24,000 nt of DNA from Peribacillus frigoritolerans (GTDB lineage: Bacteria > Bacillota > Bacilli > Bacillales > DSM-1321): NCBI RefSeq assembly GCF_039526365.1, contig NZ_BAAAIW010000006.1; one strand, 5' to 3'. Position 1 is the first letter of the stretch. Each line of letters opens with the position of its first letter. Below are positions 7,718 through 17,179 of this stretch, in pieces. The position numbers were made by a program, and so were the translations under genes. The notes beneath the pieces are model-generated. The model searched no databases and was not told where the DNA came from. It worked only from the letters and a program-made list of their open reading frames with translations.

Positions 7718-7798
7718 TTGTTTGCATGGGGCAAGTCAGTTTAATTATATAAGAACTTTTTTTACCTTGGAAAATAGGTTGGATTTAGCCTTTTTTAT

Positions 7799-9289
7799 TC
7801 AAGATGTTTTTTTTGATAGGCGATTTGTTATGGTATCTTCTTGTGGTGAAGTTTGCCGGATATAAAAGGCAAGTATGAATGCAACTATGGTCAAACCTGT
7901 TGCTATCATGAATGCATCATCCACTCCCATTACGCTGCCTTGTTTAATGGCCATTGCCATTTGTGATGTATTATCCGGTGATATGTTCCTTTGAGATAAG
8001 ATTTCCTGAACATGTTTCGTTCCTTGGTTTGTCATGATGGACACAAAGAATGCCATGCCAACAGCACCTGCCACCATTCTCAGTGTATTGACCATTGCTG
8101 TGCCATATTTATTTAGGCTAAGTGCCAATTCATTTAATCCGGCTGTGAAGATAGGCATCATCAGTATCGACATTCCGAACATTCTAATGGTATATACCCA
8201 CACCACATAAGAATAGGACGTATCTGTTTGAAGCCGCGTTAAAAGATAGGTTGTAATGATAGTGATGGCAAGTCCGCTCACCGCAAGCCATCTCGCACCA
8301 AATCGATCAAACAGCTTCCCTGTGATAGGAGACATGATCCCCATTAAAATCCCGCCAGGCAATAGCATGAGACCGGATTCCATCGGAGTGAACCCACGGA
8401 TATTCTGCATATAGATCGGCATGATGATCATTCCAGAGAACATACCCATGGTTGCGATGATGTTGATGATTGTCGTTAAAGTGAACATCCGATATCGAAA
8501 AATTCTAAATTCCAAAATAGGATGAGATACAGTAAATTGCCTCCAGACAAATAAAACTAAACTGATTCCTCCAACAAGGAACATCGTCAGTACTTCGGGA
8601 CTGCCCCAGCCCTTGGTACCGCCAGTAGCAAATCCATATAGAACCCCGCCGAATCCGATAGTGGATAGAATTACACCCAGTTTATCGAGTTTAGGCCGGC
8701 TGGTTTTCCCTACTTTTTTAATGATGAAAATGGCAAAGATGAAGTCAAGCAGGGCAAATGGGAAAATGATAAAAAACAGAACCCGCCAAGAATAGTTTTG
8801 AATAATCCATCCTGATAGTGTAGGTCCTACAGCTGGGGCAAAATTCATCGCGATACCAAATATACCCATTGCGAAACCGCGTCTGTTAGGCGGAAATAAA
8901 GTGAAAATTACATTTGTGATCAACGGGAACAAAATCCCCGCACCTGCTGCTTGAACCACACGTCCGATTAATAAGACGGAGAAGCTAGGGGCAATTCCAC
9001 ATAAAAAAGTTCCTAAGGCGAAGAGTCCCATCGAAGCTAGATATAATTGTCTTGTATTAAATCGTTCCATTAAGAAAGCGGTAATCGGGATGACAATCCC
9101 ATTGACCAATAAGAAGATAGTAGTAAGCCAATTCGCTGTTGCAGCTGATATGTCAAAATGAGTCATTAATTGAGGCAATGCGATATTAATTAAAGTCTGA
9201 TTTAAGAAAGCGACTAGAGCACCAGCCAGCATCACCGCAAACATGGGACCTGTACGTACTTTAGTGATGGCTGTTTTGTCGTGATTCAT
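7799..9289 (-). CDS. MFS drug:H+ antiporter, DHA2 (EmrB/QacA, 14-TMS) family
   Basis: 496 aa with about 14 hydrophobic segments. The N-terminal region LNQTLINIALPQLMTHFDISAATANWLTTIFLL and the motif LIGRVVQAAGAG are typical of EmrB/LmrB-like pumps. A GGAAAGGA RBS precedes it. Confidence 0.9.
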   Translation of the reverse strand: MNHDKTAITKVRTGPMFAVMLAGALVAFLNQTLINIALPQLMTHFDISAATANWLTTIFLLVNGIVIPITAFLMERFNTRQLYLASMGLFALGTFLCGIAPSFSVLLIGRVVQAAGAGILFPLITNVIFTLFPPNRRGFAMGIFGIAMNFAPAVGPTLSGWIIQNYSWRVLFFIIFPFALLDFIFAIFIIKKVGKTSRPKLDKLGVILSTIGFGGVLYGFATGGTKGWGSPEVLTMFLVGGISLVLFVWRQFTVSHPILEFRIFRYRMFTLTTIINIIATMGMFSGMIIMPIYMQNIRGFTPMESGLMLLPGGILMGIMSPITGKLFDRFGARWLAVSGLAITIITTYLLTRLQTDTSYSYVVWVYTIRMFGMSILMMPIFTAGLNELALSLNKYGTAMVNTLRMVAGAVGMAFFVSIMTNQGTKHVQEILSQRNISPDNTSQMAMAIKQGSVMGVDDAFMIATGLTIVAFILAFYIRQTSPQEDTITNRLSKKTS

Positions 9290-9317
9290 TATTATGGCAC
9301 GTCCTTTCCGCTAGGAT

Positions 9318-9332
9318 AGTACAAATTGTACT
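9318..9332. promoter_or_regulatory. Perfect palindrome (candidate operator) upstream of the MFS efflux gene
   Basis: AGTACAA-A-TTGTACT has perfect 7-bp arms and lies 29 nt upstream of the minus-strand start codon. On the minus strand it contains a TACAAT -10-like hexamer. Confidence 0.45.
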
Positions 9333-9431
9333 GCCTGCTATTTTTAAAAGTTTAGAAACTAATTCGTCTCACGAAGTATTAGTGTAAACCCACCTATATT
9401 TTCCGATAAAAATACAGCATTTAAGGAGATT

Positions 9432-9459
9432 CACCTCAATTACGGCTTTTTTTGAGGTG
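9432..9459 (+). other. Orphan stem-loop in the MFS/frlC intergenic region
   Basis: CACCTCAA (9432-9439) and TTGAGGTG (9452-9459) form a perfect 8-bp stem with a 12-nt loop. It is followed by T-rich GTTTATTCTTTATT and preceded by an orphan AAGGAG. No ORF is associated with it. Confidence 0.35.
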
Positions 9460-9737
9460 TTTATTCTTTATTAACCACTCACTTGACAATAGTTCAGGAT
9501 ACATTATCTCTTGGAAATCCCCCAGGTTAACATCCATTCTACAGGTATATCATATTTCAAACAATAATCCCCCATATAATACTTAAAATGTCCCAGAGAA
9601 ATTTGTGCACTAGGTATAAATACTTTAACATTCTACCATTCGTATTCACTAAAAAATAGTTAATTAATGTTGAATAATAAAATCACGACTTTTCCGTATT
9701 TTATGAATAATTAATTTTTAAATATTCAAAATAATTA

Positions 9738-9787
9738 TTGCAATCAATGTACTGGTTAATTATAATACAAAGCATAACAAATAAAAC
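9738..9787 (+). promoter_or_regulatory. Sigma-A promoter of frlC-frlA plus a conserved 26-27-nt box (copy 1)
   Basis: TTGCAA (9738-9743), a 17-nt spacer, then TATAAT (9761-9766). The box TATAATACAAAGCATAACAAATAAAAC (9761-9787) recurs almost identically at 12080-12105. Confidence 0.7.
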
Positions 9788-9807
9788 ATTATGTGGGGGT
9801 GAAATAA

Positions 9808-10626
9808 TTGAATATTGCAGGGATGAATATAACTTTTAGGCATTTCCCTTTTCATTATTTTTTGGATTGCATGGACAACCTTGGGATTAATAGCATTGAG
9901 TTATGGGGTGGGGAACCACATTTGTATGTTTATCGAAACATATTAGGAAATATAAGGAGTTTGAGAAGGGAAATTAAGTCTAGAAATATGAAAATCATCT
10001 GCTATACTCCAGAACAATGTATTTATCCTTATAACATTGCATCCTCGGATGCTCATTGGCGGAAAAAAAGCATGGAATATTTTATGGAGAATCTTTACGC
10101 CGCGTTGGAGTTAGACACAAACATGATGCTTATCACTTCTGGAATAGGGGACTTTTCTGTTTCACAAGACGAATCATGGAAGTATGCAAGTGACACAATC
10201 TTTCAATTAACCAAAGTAGCTGAGAAGGAAGGTTTGATTCTTGCTTTAGAGCCATTGACAAAGCATGAATCCAATCTCGTAATTGACTCTAAAGGGCTAA
10301 AGAAAATGTTAGTGGAAATCCAATCTCCTTCACTAAAAGGAATGATAGATACGGTTTCCATGCAACTGGCAGGTGAAACACCTGATGAGTACTTTTCCTT
10401 TCTTCCCGAATTATGCCATTTTCACCTAATCGATGGAGATGGTCAATCAGATGCACATTTGGCACTAGATGATGGTGTTTTAAATTGGAGGGAATATTTA
10501 ACAAGCCTTCAAAGCCATCGTTACAAAGGAAGTTGTACTTTAGAGATTATGGGATCAAATTATTATCAAAATCCAAGCGATGCAATCAAGAAATCAATTG
10601 AAAAAGTTAGGGAATTGGGAATTTAA
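9808..10626 (+). CDS. frlC: Xylose-isomerase-like TIM-barrel sugar epimerase, FrlC-like (fructoselysine 3-epimerase type)
   Basis: 272 aa with a TTG start and a GGGGGTG RBS 7 nt upstream. IELWGGEPH, CYTPEQCIYPYN, LALEPLTKHESN, HFHLIDGDGQSDAH and YKGSCTLEIMG align with E. coli FrlC as I recall it. The operon context also fits. Confidence 0.72.
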   Translation: MNIAGMNITFRHFPFHYFLDCMDNLGINSIELWGGEPHLYVYRNILGNIRSLRREIKSRNMKIICYTPEQCIYPYNIASSDAHWRKKSMEYFMENLYAALELDTNMMLITSGIGDFSVSQDESWKYASDTIFQLTKVAEKEGLILALEPLTKHESNLVIDSKGLKKMLVEIQSPSLKGMIDTVSMQLAGETPDEYFSFLPELCHFHLIDGDGQSDAHLALDDGVLNWREYLTSLQSHRYKGSCTLEIMGSNYYQNPSDAIKKSIEKVRELGI

Positions 10627-11994
<1,368 letters not shown>

Positions 11995-12056
11995 CAGAAT
12001 GATAAGGGAAGTTAGGCCATCTTTTGATAAACCAAAAAAATTTTAAAATAAAACAA

Positions 12057-12105
12057 TTGTGTAAATTATTATGTTTAGATATAATACAAGACATAACAAA
12101 TAAAC
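12057..12105 (+). promoter_or_regulatory. Internal sigma-A promoter before frlB plus the conserved box (copy 2)
   Basis: TTGTGT (12057-12062), a 17-nt spacer, then TATAAT (12080-12085). The box TATAATACAAGACATAACAAATAAAC (12080-12105) differs from copy 1 by 2 substitutions and 1 indel. Confidence 0.65.
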
Positions 12106-12128
12106 AGGGGTAAGGGAGGAAGCTGTTA

Positions 12129-13142
12129 ATGCTAAAGTTTGATGAGAAGTTATTTCTAAATCTTGTAGAAAAAGAGGGCCTTGCTTTTAGAGGCCAGATT
12201 GAAGAAATCGTAGATGGAATCACAAAAAGGGGCTACAGCAATATTTTCCTTATCGGTGCTGGCGGCACCATAGCCATGATGTATCCATATGAATACATTT
12301 TAAAATCAAATTCTACCATCGATGTCCATGCAGAAATTGCTGCTGAGTTCATGGTGATGAATCATAAGCATTTCAGCAAAGATTCAGTCTGCATTTTTAC
12401 ATCTGTATCCGGGACTACTCAAGAAACAGTTGCAGCGGCTGAATATTGTAAAGAAAAAGGCGCCACTACAATCGCTTTAGTTGCAGAGCCAAATACTCCG
12501 TTAACACAAATTGCGGATTACTGTATAACGACTGGTTCTGAAACGCACTCTTTTGATACTTTCTTTATGCTTTTGTACATGGTCGTCTTCCGTTTCATGC
12601 ATAACAACAATGAATTCCCGCAATATGAACAATTCACGAAGGAGGTTTCTCTACTTCCACGTTCAATTCTAGATGCCGTTAAATCTTTTGACAAAAAAGC
12701 AGAGGAATTCGCCATTACACATAAAGACACGGATTACCACATGATGGTCGGTTCTGGTAACCTATGGGGAAACACTTATTCATATGCCATGTGCATTTTA
12801 GAGGAAATGCAATGGATCCAAGCGAAATCCATCCATGCTGCAGAGTTTTTCCATGGTACGCTTGAACTTGTTGTTGAAGATACAAGTGTTATTTTATTAA
12901 AAGGGGAAGATGAAACTAGACCGCTGATGGACCGTGTAGAGAGATTTGTAGAAAAAATCTCAAAAAATATAACGGTTATTGATACCAAAAGCTTTGAAAT
13001 GGAGGGCATCAGCGAAGAATTCAGAAAGCACTTTTCAGTTAGCATCAACTGGTCAGTATTAAGTCGAATCAGCGTATACCTTGAGCGTGAGAGAAATCAT
13101 CCATTAACACTTAGAAGATACTATCGCCAAATGGAATATTAA
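12129..13142 (+). CDS. frlB: SIS-domain fructosamine-6-phosphate deglycase, FrlB-like
   Basis: 337 aa with two SIS-type segments (IFLIGAGGT…; VCIFTSVSGTTQET). The C-terminal …NHPLTLRRYYRQMEY matches the FrlB C-terminus (…RRYYGGLVEY) as I recall it. A GGGAGGA RBS precedes it. Confidence 0.82.
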   Translation: MLKFDEKLFLNLVEKEGLAFRGQIEEIVDGITKRGYSNIFLIGAGGTIAMMYPYEYILKSNSTIDVHAEIAAEFMVMNHKHFSKDSVCIFTSVSGTTQETVAAAEYCKEKGATTIALVAEPNTPLTQIADYCITTGSETHSFDTFFMLLYMVVFRFMHNNNEFPQYEQFTKEVSLLPRSILDAVKSFDKKAEEFAITHKDTDYHMMVGSGNLWGNTYSYAMCILEEMQWIQAKSIHAAEFFHGTLELVVEDTSVILLKGEDETRPLMDRVERFVEKISKNITVIDTKSFEMEGISEEFRKHFSVSINWSVLSRISVYLERERNHPLTLRRYYRQMEY

Positions 13143-13150
13143 GATAAGTG

Positions 13151-13171
13151 GAGCACTACTTAGTAGTGCTC
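13151..13171 (+). other. Perfect intercistronic hairpin between frlB and frlD
   Basis: GAGCACTAC-TTA-GTAGTGCTC has a 9-bp perfect stem and a 3-nt loop. No T-tract follows, so it is likely a processing or stability element rather than a full terminator. Confidence 0.5.
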
Positions 13172-13199
13172 TTAAGTTTAAAGAAAGCGGGGGGAAATG

Positions 13200-13982
13200 A
13201 TGAGAACGGTTACAGTCGGAGATAACTGTATGGATGTTTATCAAAAGAGCGGGGAGGTCTATCCTGGCGGTAATCCTTTAAATGTGGCTGTCTATTTAAG
13301 AGGGTTAGGTGCTGAATCTGCTTATATCGGCTGGGTGGGCTCCGATCAATACAGTGAAAAAATGGTTAAAGCGATACAGGAAAAAGGTGTTGATATTTCT
13401 CATCTTTCGCGGAAAGAAGGAAAAACAGCTGTTACCTTTGTTGAAATGGTAGGAAATGACCGCAGGTTTGGAGAATACGATGAAGGTGTCATGAAACATT
13501 TCCGCTTAACGACGGAAGAACTCCATTACATTCAAACATACCAGCTCATACATTCAGGGATTTGGGGACATGCGGATAAGTACTATTCCTTATTTAAAGA
13601 AAATGGAATGCTCACGTCTTTTGATTTCTCAGATCAGCTAGATCACGATCTCGTGAAGACTTTACCGCAGTTTGTTGATTATCCTTTTTTCTCTTATACG
13701 AAGGATGATGCTTTTATCCGCCAATTTTTAAAAGATGTAAAAAATCAAGGATCTAAAATTGCGGTCGCCACTTTAGGTGAAAATGGTTCACTTGCCTATG
13801 ACGGCATTCAATTTTATCAATGCGGTGCCGTTGAAGTGAACGTGGTGGATACAATGGGTGCGGGGGATTCCTTCATTTCCGGTTTTATTTATGGATTATT
13901 GAAAGGGCAATCTATCGAAAATTGCTTAGAATTGGGTACAGAGTCTGCTGCGAAAACCATTAGCTACTTCGGTGCGTGGTGA
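13200..13982 (+). CDS. frlD: PfkB-family fructosamine (fructoselysine) 6-kinase, FrlD-like
   Basis: 260 aa from the second ATG (the first is at 13197; the GGGGGG RBS spacing favours 13200). VGDNCMDVY, GGNPLNVAVY, GVDISH, DRRFGEYDEGVM, IWGHA, FDFSD, TLGENGS, DTMGAGDSFISGF and a C-terminal YFGAW are colinear with E. coli FrlD as I recall it. Confidence 0.85.
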   Translation: MRTVTVGDNCMDVYQKSGEVYPGGNPLNVAVYLRGLGAESAYIGWVGSDQYSEKMVKAIQEKGVDISHLSRKEGKTAVTFVEMVGNDRRFGEYDEGVMKHFRLTTEELHYIQTYQLIHSGIWGHADKYYSLFKENGMLTSFDFSDQLDHDLVKTLPQFVDYPFFSYTKDDAFIRQFLKDVKNQGSKIAVATLGENGSLAYDGIQFYQCGAVEVNVVDTMGAGDSFISGFIYGLLKGQSIENCLELGTESAAKTISYFGAW

Positions 13983-14049
13983 CTGGGACTGTAAATCATG
14001 TATAATAGGTAATAAATAATAAATTTTGACGGATAAGGATGAATCTAAT

Positions 14050-14778
14050 ATGAATTTAAATCCTTCAACCCCCCAGCCACTATATATGCAAATAAGGCAA
14101 ATGTTGAAGAATGATATTCAGAACGGTAAATACAAACCAGATGAACAAATCCCAACCGAAGCAGAGCTTTGTGAAACTTATAACGTTAGCCGCATCACCA
14201 TTCGAAAAGCAATCGAGGAATTGGTGAAGGAAGGAACACTGACACGTATTCCGCGCAGGGGTACCTTTGTTGCATCTAATAAGTTTCATAATGAGTTGTT
14301 ATCCATAAGTGGATTCTCAGAGTTTAGTCATCAGCTTGGGAAGATACCGAATTCCCGGATTTTAAAAAGTGAGGTCATAGCAGCACCAAAAGATGTTGCA
14401 GGTCATCTCCTCATTGAAGAAGGAAGCCCCGTTCTTGAACTAGAGCGGCTCATGTATGTAGATGAGCGTCCGCTTTTCTACGATACCGCTCATTATTCGT
14501 TACTTCGTTTTCCGGATTTGGAAAAGAAGATTGCAAGGGATGAATCAACTTATAAGATCCTATTGGAAGATTACCATACCGAAATAGTCAGTAACGATAA
14601 AATTATAGACGTGATTGGTGCTACAAAAATCCATGCTAAATATTTAGAATGCGATATTGGCGCAAATTTATTTAGAATAGTGAAGATTGCTTTCGATGCA
14701 AACGACCAGCCTGTGCACCTCTCAACGTTCATGTGTGAAACCAACAAGGTCAATCTGACTGTTCATCGGGCAAAGTAG
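14050..14778 (+). CDS. frlR: GntR/HutC-family transcriptional regulator with UTRA effector domain, FrlR-like
   Basis: I prefer the start at ATG 14050, which has an AAGGATGA RBS, giving 242 aa. The N-terminal winged HTH (PLYMQIRQMLKNDIQNGKY…IPTEAELCETYNVSRITIRKAIEELV) is followed by a UTRA-type C-terminal half. It is the last gene of the frl cluster. Confidence 0.82.
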   Translation: MNLNPSTPQPLYMQIRQMLKNDIQNGKYKPDEQIPTEAELCETYNVSRITIRKAIEELVKEGTLTRIPRRGTFVASNKFHNELLSISGFSEFSHQLGKIPNSRILKSEVIAAPKDVAGHLLIEEGSPVLELERLMYVDERPLFYDTAHYSLLRFPDLEKKIARDESTYKILLEDYHTEIVSNDKIIDVIGATKIHAKYLECDIGANLFRIVKIAFDANDQPVHLSTFMCETNKVNLTVHRAK

Positions 14779-14804
14779 GTCATGCCATTAATTTGGCATG
14801 ACCT
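14777..14804. terminator. Strong hairpin between the convergent frlR and the small Cys-rich ORF
   Basis: AGGTCATGCCA-TTAATT-TGGCATGACCT has an 11-bp perfect stem that overlaps the frlR stop codon. No clear T-tract follows on either side, so terminator function is inferred from position only. Confidence 0.55.
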
Positions 14805-14814
14805 ATTTAAACAT

Positions 14815-14985
14815 CTAGTTTTGATTTTCCTCCTCCAAACTTTCTTCTTTGATCATCGCATTTAAAATATCCTTACAATTAAAACATAAGATATTCTTGT
14901 TATCTAAAAGAATACCGTTCAGAAAACCAGCCGTACAATACACATCATGTGCACAGCGAACACAAGAGCCAACTAGTTCATCCAT
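14815..14985 (-). CDS. Small Cys-rich (zinc-ribbon-like) protein, 56 aa, absent from the ORF track
   Basis: Hand translation gives MDELVGSCVRCAHDVYCTAGFLNGILLDNKNILCFNCKDILNAMIKEESLEEENQN. A GGGGGA RBS lies 7 nt upstream of the ATG. It has CxxC…CxxC spacing (C8/C11, C34/C37) plus C17 and an acidic tail. It sits 43 nt downstream of the DinB-family gene on the same strand. Confidence 0.6.
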   Translation of the reverse strand: MDELVGSCVRCAHDVYCTAGFLNGILLDNKNILCFNCKDILNAMIKEESLEEENQN

Positions 14986-15028
14986 CGATACATCCCCCTA
15001 TTCAGGAAATGGTATATAGTTTGGTGTT

Positions 15029-15535
15029 CTATTTTGTATAAAGGTAAAGACCAAAATCTTGCATAACGGAAGTGTGCCCCATTTGCCGTAACATGGTAGC
15101 TATATTGCCACGATGATATGATCCGTGAGTGACAATGTGTAATACCGATTCAGAAATGGTAGTTTCAAGCGACGCAGCATATGGATTATCCACAACCATT
15201 ATCTTTTCCATATCCTCTGTACTCAGAAGTGCTTTGTTTCTTTCGTACAAGTCTATAAATATTTTTTTCATTTCCTCAATACTTTTCTTTTCCACCTCTT
15301 TTTTTAATTCACTAGAAGATGCCATTGCTTCATCCATACTTATACCAGAGATAATATCAAACCACGTGTAATCTGTCAGATAAATGTGAGACAACACTTT
15401 TGATACCGACGAAAAACCACTTTGGATTTCCTTATGGTAAATGTGTTCTGGAAGTTCATTTAACCGATCGATGATGACTCCATTTGCCCATGCGTGATAG
15501 TTATACATTTCTAATACTGGCTCGGGGTGATTCAT
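15029..15535 (-). CDS. DinB-family (DinB/YfiT-like four-helix-bundle) protein
   Basis: 168 aa. The N-terminal YNYHAWANGVIIDRL and C-terminal HIVTHGSYHRGNIATMLRQMGH are typical DinB-family His-containing motifs. A GGAGG RBS precedes it. Confidence 0.8.
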   Translation of the reverse strand: MNHPEPVLEMYNYHAWANGVIIDRLNELPEHIYHKEIQSGFSSVSKVLSHIYLTDYTWFDIISGISMDEAMASSSELKKEVEKKSIEEMKKIFIDLYERNKALLSTEDMEKIMVVDNPYAASLETTISESVLHIVTHGSYHRGNIATMLRQMGHTSVMQDFGLYLYTK

Positions 15536-15847
15536 AAAAAACCTCCATAAACACTAGTTTTTTCGTATTGGACAATTTATGCAGTAAGAACAAAGTATTC
15601 AGGTTTATTCAATGCAGCATATTCATTAATATGCTGTTCTATAATTTATATAACAATTCCTCCTTAAGATTCTTCGGGTATATGTGCTCCTCAAATGTAA
15701 TATATATATAAATAAGAGGTTTTGAGATAATCCGAGCTACGAACATTCGGGTTATAAATGAATAGATAGTGGAGCATCACATATAGGCTTTTTTTCTTGC
15801 AGGAAAATAGCACCCAATATCGAACTGATAGTAAAGGAGATGGTAAT

Positions 15848-16054
15848 ATGAATCTGAGGATCAAATATAGGCTTTATATCCATGTAGACGGAAAACTTAT
15901 TCCAGAACAGTATGACCGATACGAGATACTAAACGTCAGGGAAGGTATAGATCCCAATGATACTAAGGATTACCAAGAGCTTAGTAAAAAATTGAGTAAG
16001 TCGATTAATCGGCCTTTAAATGAATTTGAAATAAAAAACTATGAAACAATGTAA
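15848..16054 (+). CDS. Hypothetical small protein (68 aa)
   Basis: The ATG at 15848 has an AAAGGAGA RBS 7 nt upstream. The translation is MNLRIKYRLYIHVDGKLIPEQYDRYEILNVREGIDPNDTKDYQELSKKLSKSINRPLNEFEIKNYETM, and I recognise no family. The track's longer 85-aa version starts at a non-ATG codon with no RBS. Confidence 0.5.
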   Translation: MNLRIKYRLYIHVDGKLIPEQYDRYEILNVREGIDPNDTKDYQELSKKLSKSINRPLNEFEIKNYETM

Positions 16055-16414
16055 TTGCATCCCCTCTGGAGGGAAATGATTATTTCGTTTTTGAATTTAT
16101 TCTCCTTCATTACAACGAAATTCTTAACGTTTAAAAGTGTAAATAAGAGAACCGTTTATAACCTGTAGCTTGCTAAATGATCCTCCTCCTTATAATAATA
16201 AATGTAAAAATATAAGGAGAGAGGAGATTTATGATCATGCACATATTTATTAGGTGAAAAATGGGTATAAATAAGCAAAACCTTTGTCTTCATTGCAGAA
16301 CCTCCGTGATTTTTCAATTTTTCTAACCTTTATCAGTAGATTTCTATGCGCCGTCGGAAGAGTCTTTAAAACGGATTACCTGGGTGTTTAACTAGAATCT
16401 TATAAAAGTTTATT

Positions 16415-16462
16415 AAAATCCATTTTTCATTATTTAATGATAAATGGATTTTTTGTTTTTTT
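16415..16462 (+). terminator. Rho-independent terminator
   Basis: AAAATCCATTT (16415-16425) pairs with AAATGGATTTT (16442-16452), inner TCATT/AATGA pairing extends the stem, and TTGTTTTTTT follows. Only micro-ORFs lie upstream. Confidence 0.7.
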
Positions 16463-17032
16463 GGAAATATAAACAAAATGATTTTTGAACCGTGAATCGG
16501 CTATCTGGATCCAACAAAAAGTACATACTAATGCCGATGCTGCAAAAGGATTAGTTTGTTTTGACCAGTGACGAATTTCTTGAGGCATAATAAAAAATCA
16601 CTCGAAAATTAGAAGAAGTACCTTTAGCGTATATGCCTGGGAAATCCCGTATTCGTGTGAAAGCCGCTGGTGATTTAACCCAGTCTGAAATGAATGAACT
16701 GGTTTAGTCTAGGCAGGGGGGAAGGAGCTTTTCATTGAGCGGGAGAAGCTTCCCTTTAGTTAAATAAGTGGAAAAAGAAAAGCGCTAAGGGGAGTGGAAT
16801 TGACGAAAATATGACGCATATTTATTTCTTCCTCTCTTGAATTTTTACAATAATGGGAAAAAAAGTGCTTCCTCTGCTAATGCACTAGGTATAGTGCTCG
16901 GAACAGTAATTGTGCTTTTGAAAGAAGAATTCCAGATCATTTGAAATAAACGGTGATGGTTGTAATTGTTGTGGCTGTTATAATTCATAGTCTCGACATG
17001 GCTTTGAAGATTAAAGACTTTTATAGTTGTAA

Positions 17033-17060
17033 TTGTCAGTTTAGTAGTGTGCGCTATAAT
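17033..17060 (+). promoter_or_regulatory. Near-consensus sigma-A promoter with no associated ORF
   Basis: TTGTCA (17033-17038), a 16-nt spacer, then a perfect TATAAT (17055-17060), with an A/T-rich upstream region. Confidence 0.55.
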
Positions 17061-17066
17061 TGGGGA

Positions 17067-17179
17067 ATGGATGAGGCATAAAAACTCCGCCAAGAACAAT
17101 TATTATATATCCACATTGATAATTCTATCTGTTTAATAAGATCTATGTAAAACTCTCTTGTATCAAGAGAGTTTTTTTT
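17067..17179 (+). ncRNA. Candidate ~110-nt small RNA, or a terminated leader of the downstream ABC operon
   Basis: It is bounded by the promoter at 17033-17060 and by a perfect terminator: AAAACTCTCTTG-TAT-CAAGAGAGTTTT (17149-17175) plus a T-run to 17179. It holds no ORF longer than 4 codons with a start. It contains a CUCCGCC stretch that could pair with Shine-Dalgarno sequences. Confidence 0.35.

Noticed and set aside
15615-15636. CAGCATAT-TCATTA-ATATGCTG hairpin, and the orphan minus-strand AAGGAGG at 15657-15663, as a hidden small gene or terminator
   Set aside because: The 8-bp stem is perfect, but it lies in a divergent promoter region with no T-tract. No start codon sits at usable distance from the AAGGAGG; the only options give ORFs of 5 codons or fewer. 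It may be an operator, but nothing further supports that.
15797-15847. The N-terminal 17 residues of the 85-aa ORF-track entry
   Set aside because: The track start is a non-ATG codon with no RBS. The internal ATG at 15848 has AAAGGAGA at ideal spacing, so I prefer the shorter 68-aa version.
16853-16949. Small hydrophobic peptide (…ANALGIVLGTVIVLLKEEFQII) as a type I toxin, possibly switched by the A7 run at 16858-16864
   Set aside because: The ATG frame stops after 11 codons, and only a +1 A insertion would yield the 30-aa peptide. There is no RBS, and I could define no antisense-RNA promoter or terminator pair around it. The idea is too speculative.
16845-17099. 84-aa minus-strand ORF as a gene
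   Set aside because: It has a TTG start with no RBS and an odd composition (runs of N, H and T). It overlaps the predicted plus-strand promoter and lies in a region of evident sequence decay.
17062-17100. Fluoride (crcB-motif) riboswitch, suggested by GGAUGAGGCAUAAA in the candidate RNA
   Set aside because: Only the first GAUGAGGC-like segment is present. The second conserved half (the …GAUGA-UCCU pseudoknot partner) and the CCGCC-AAA spacing are absent, and the downstream genes are not crcB or eriC.
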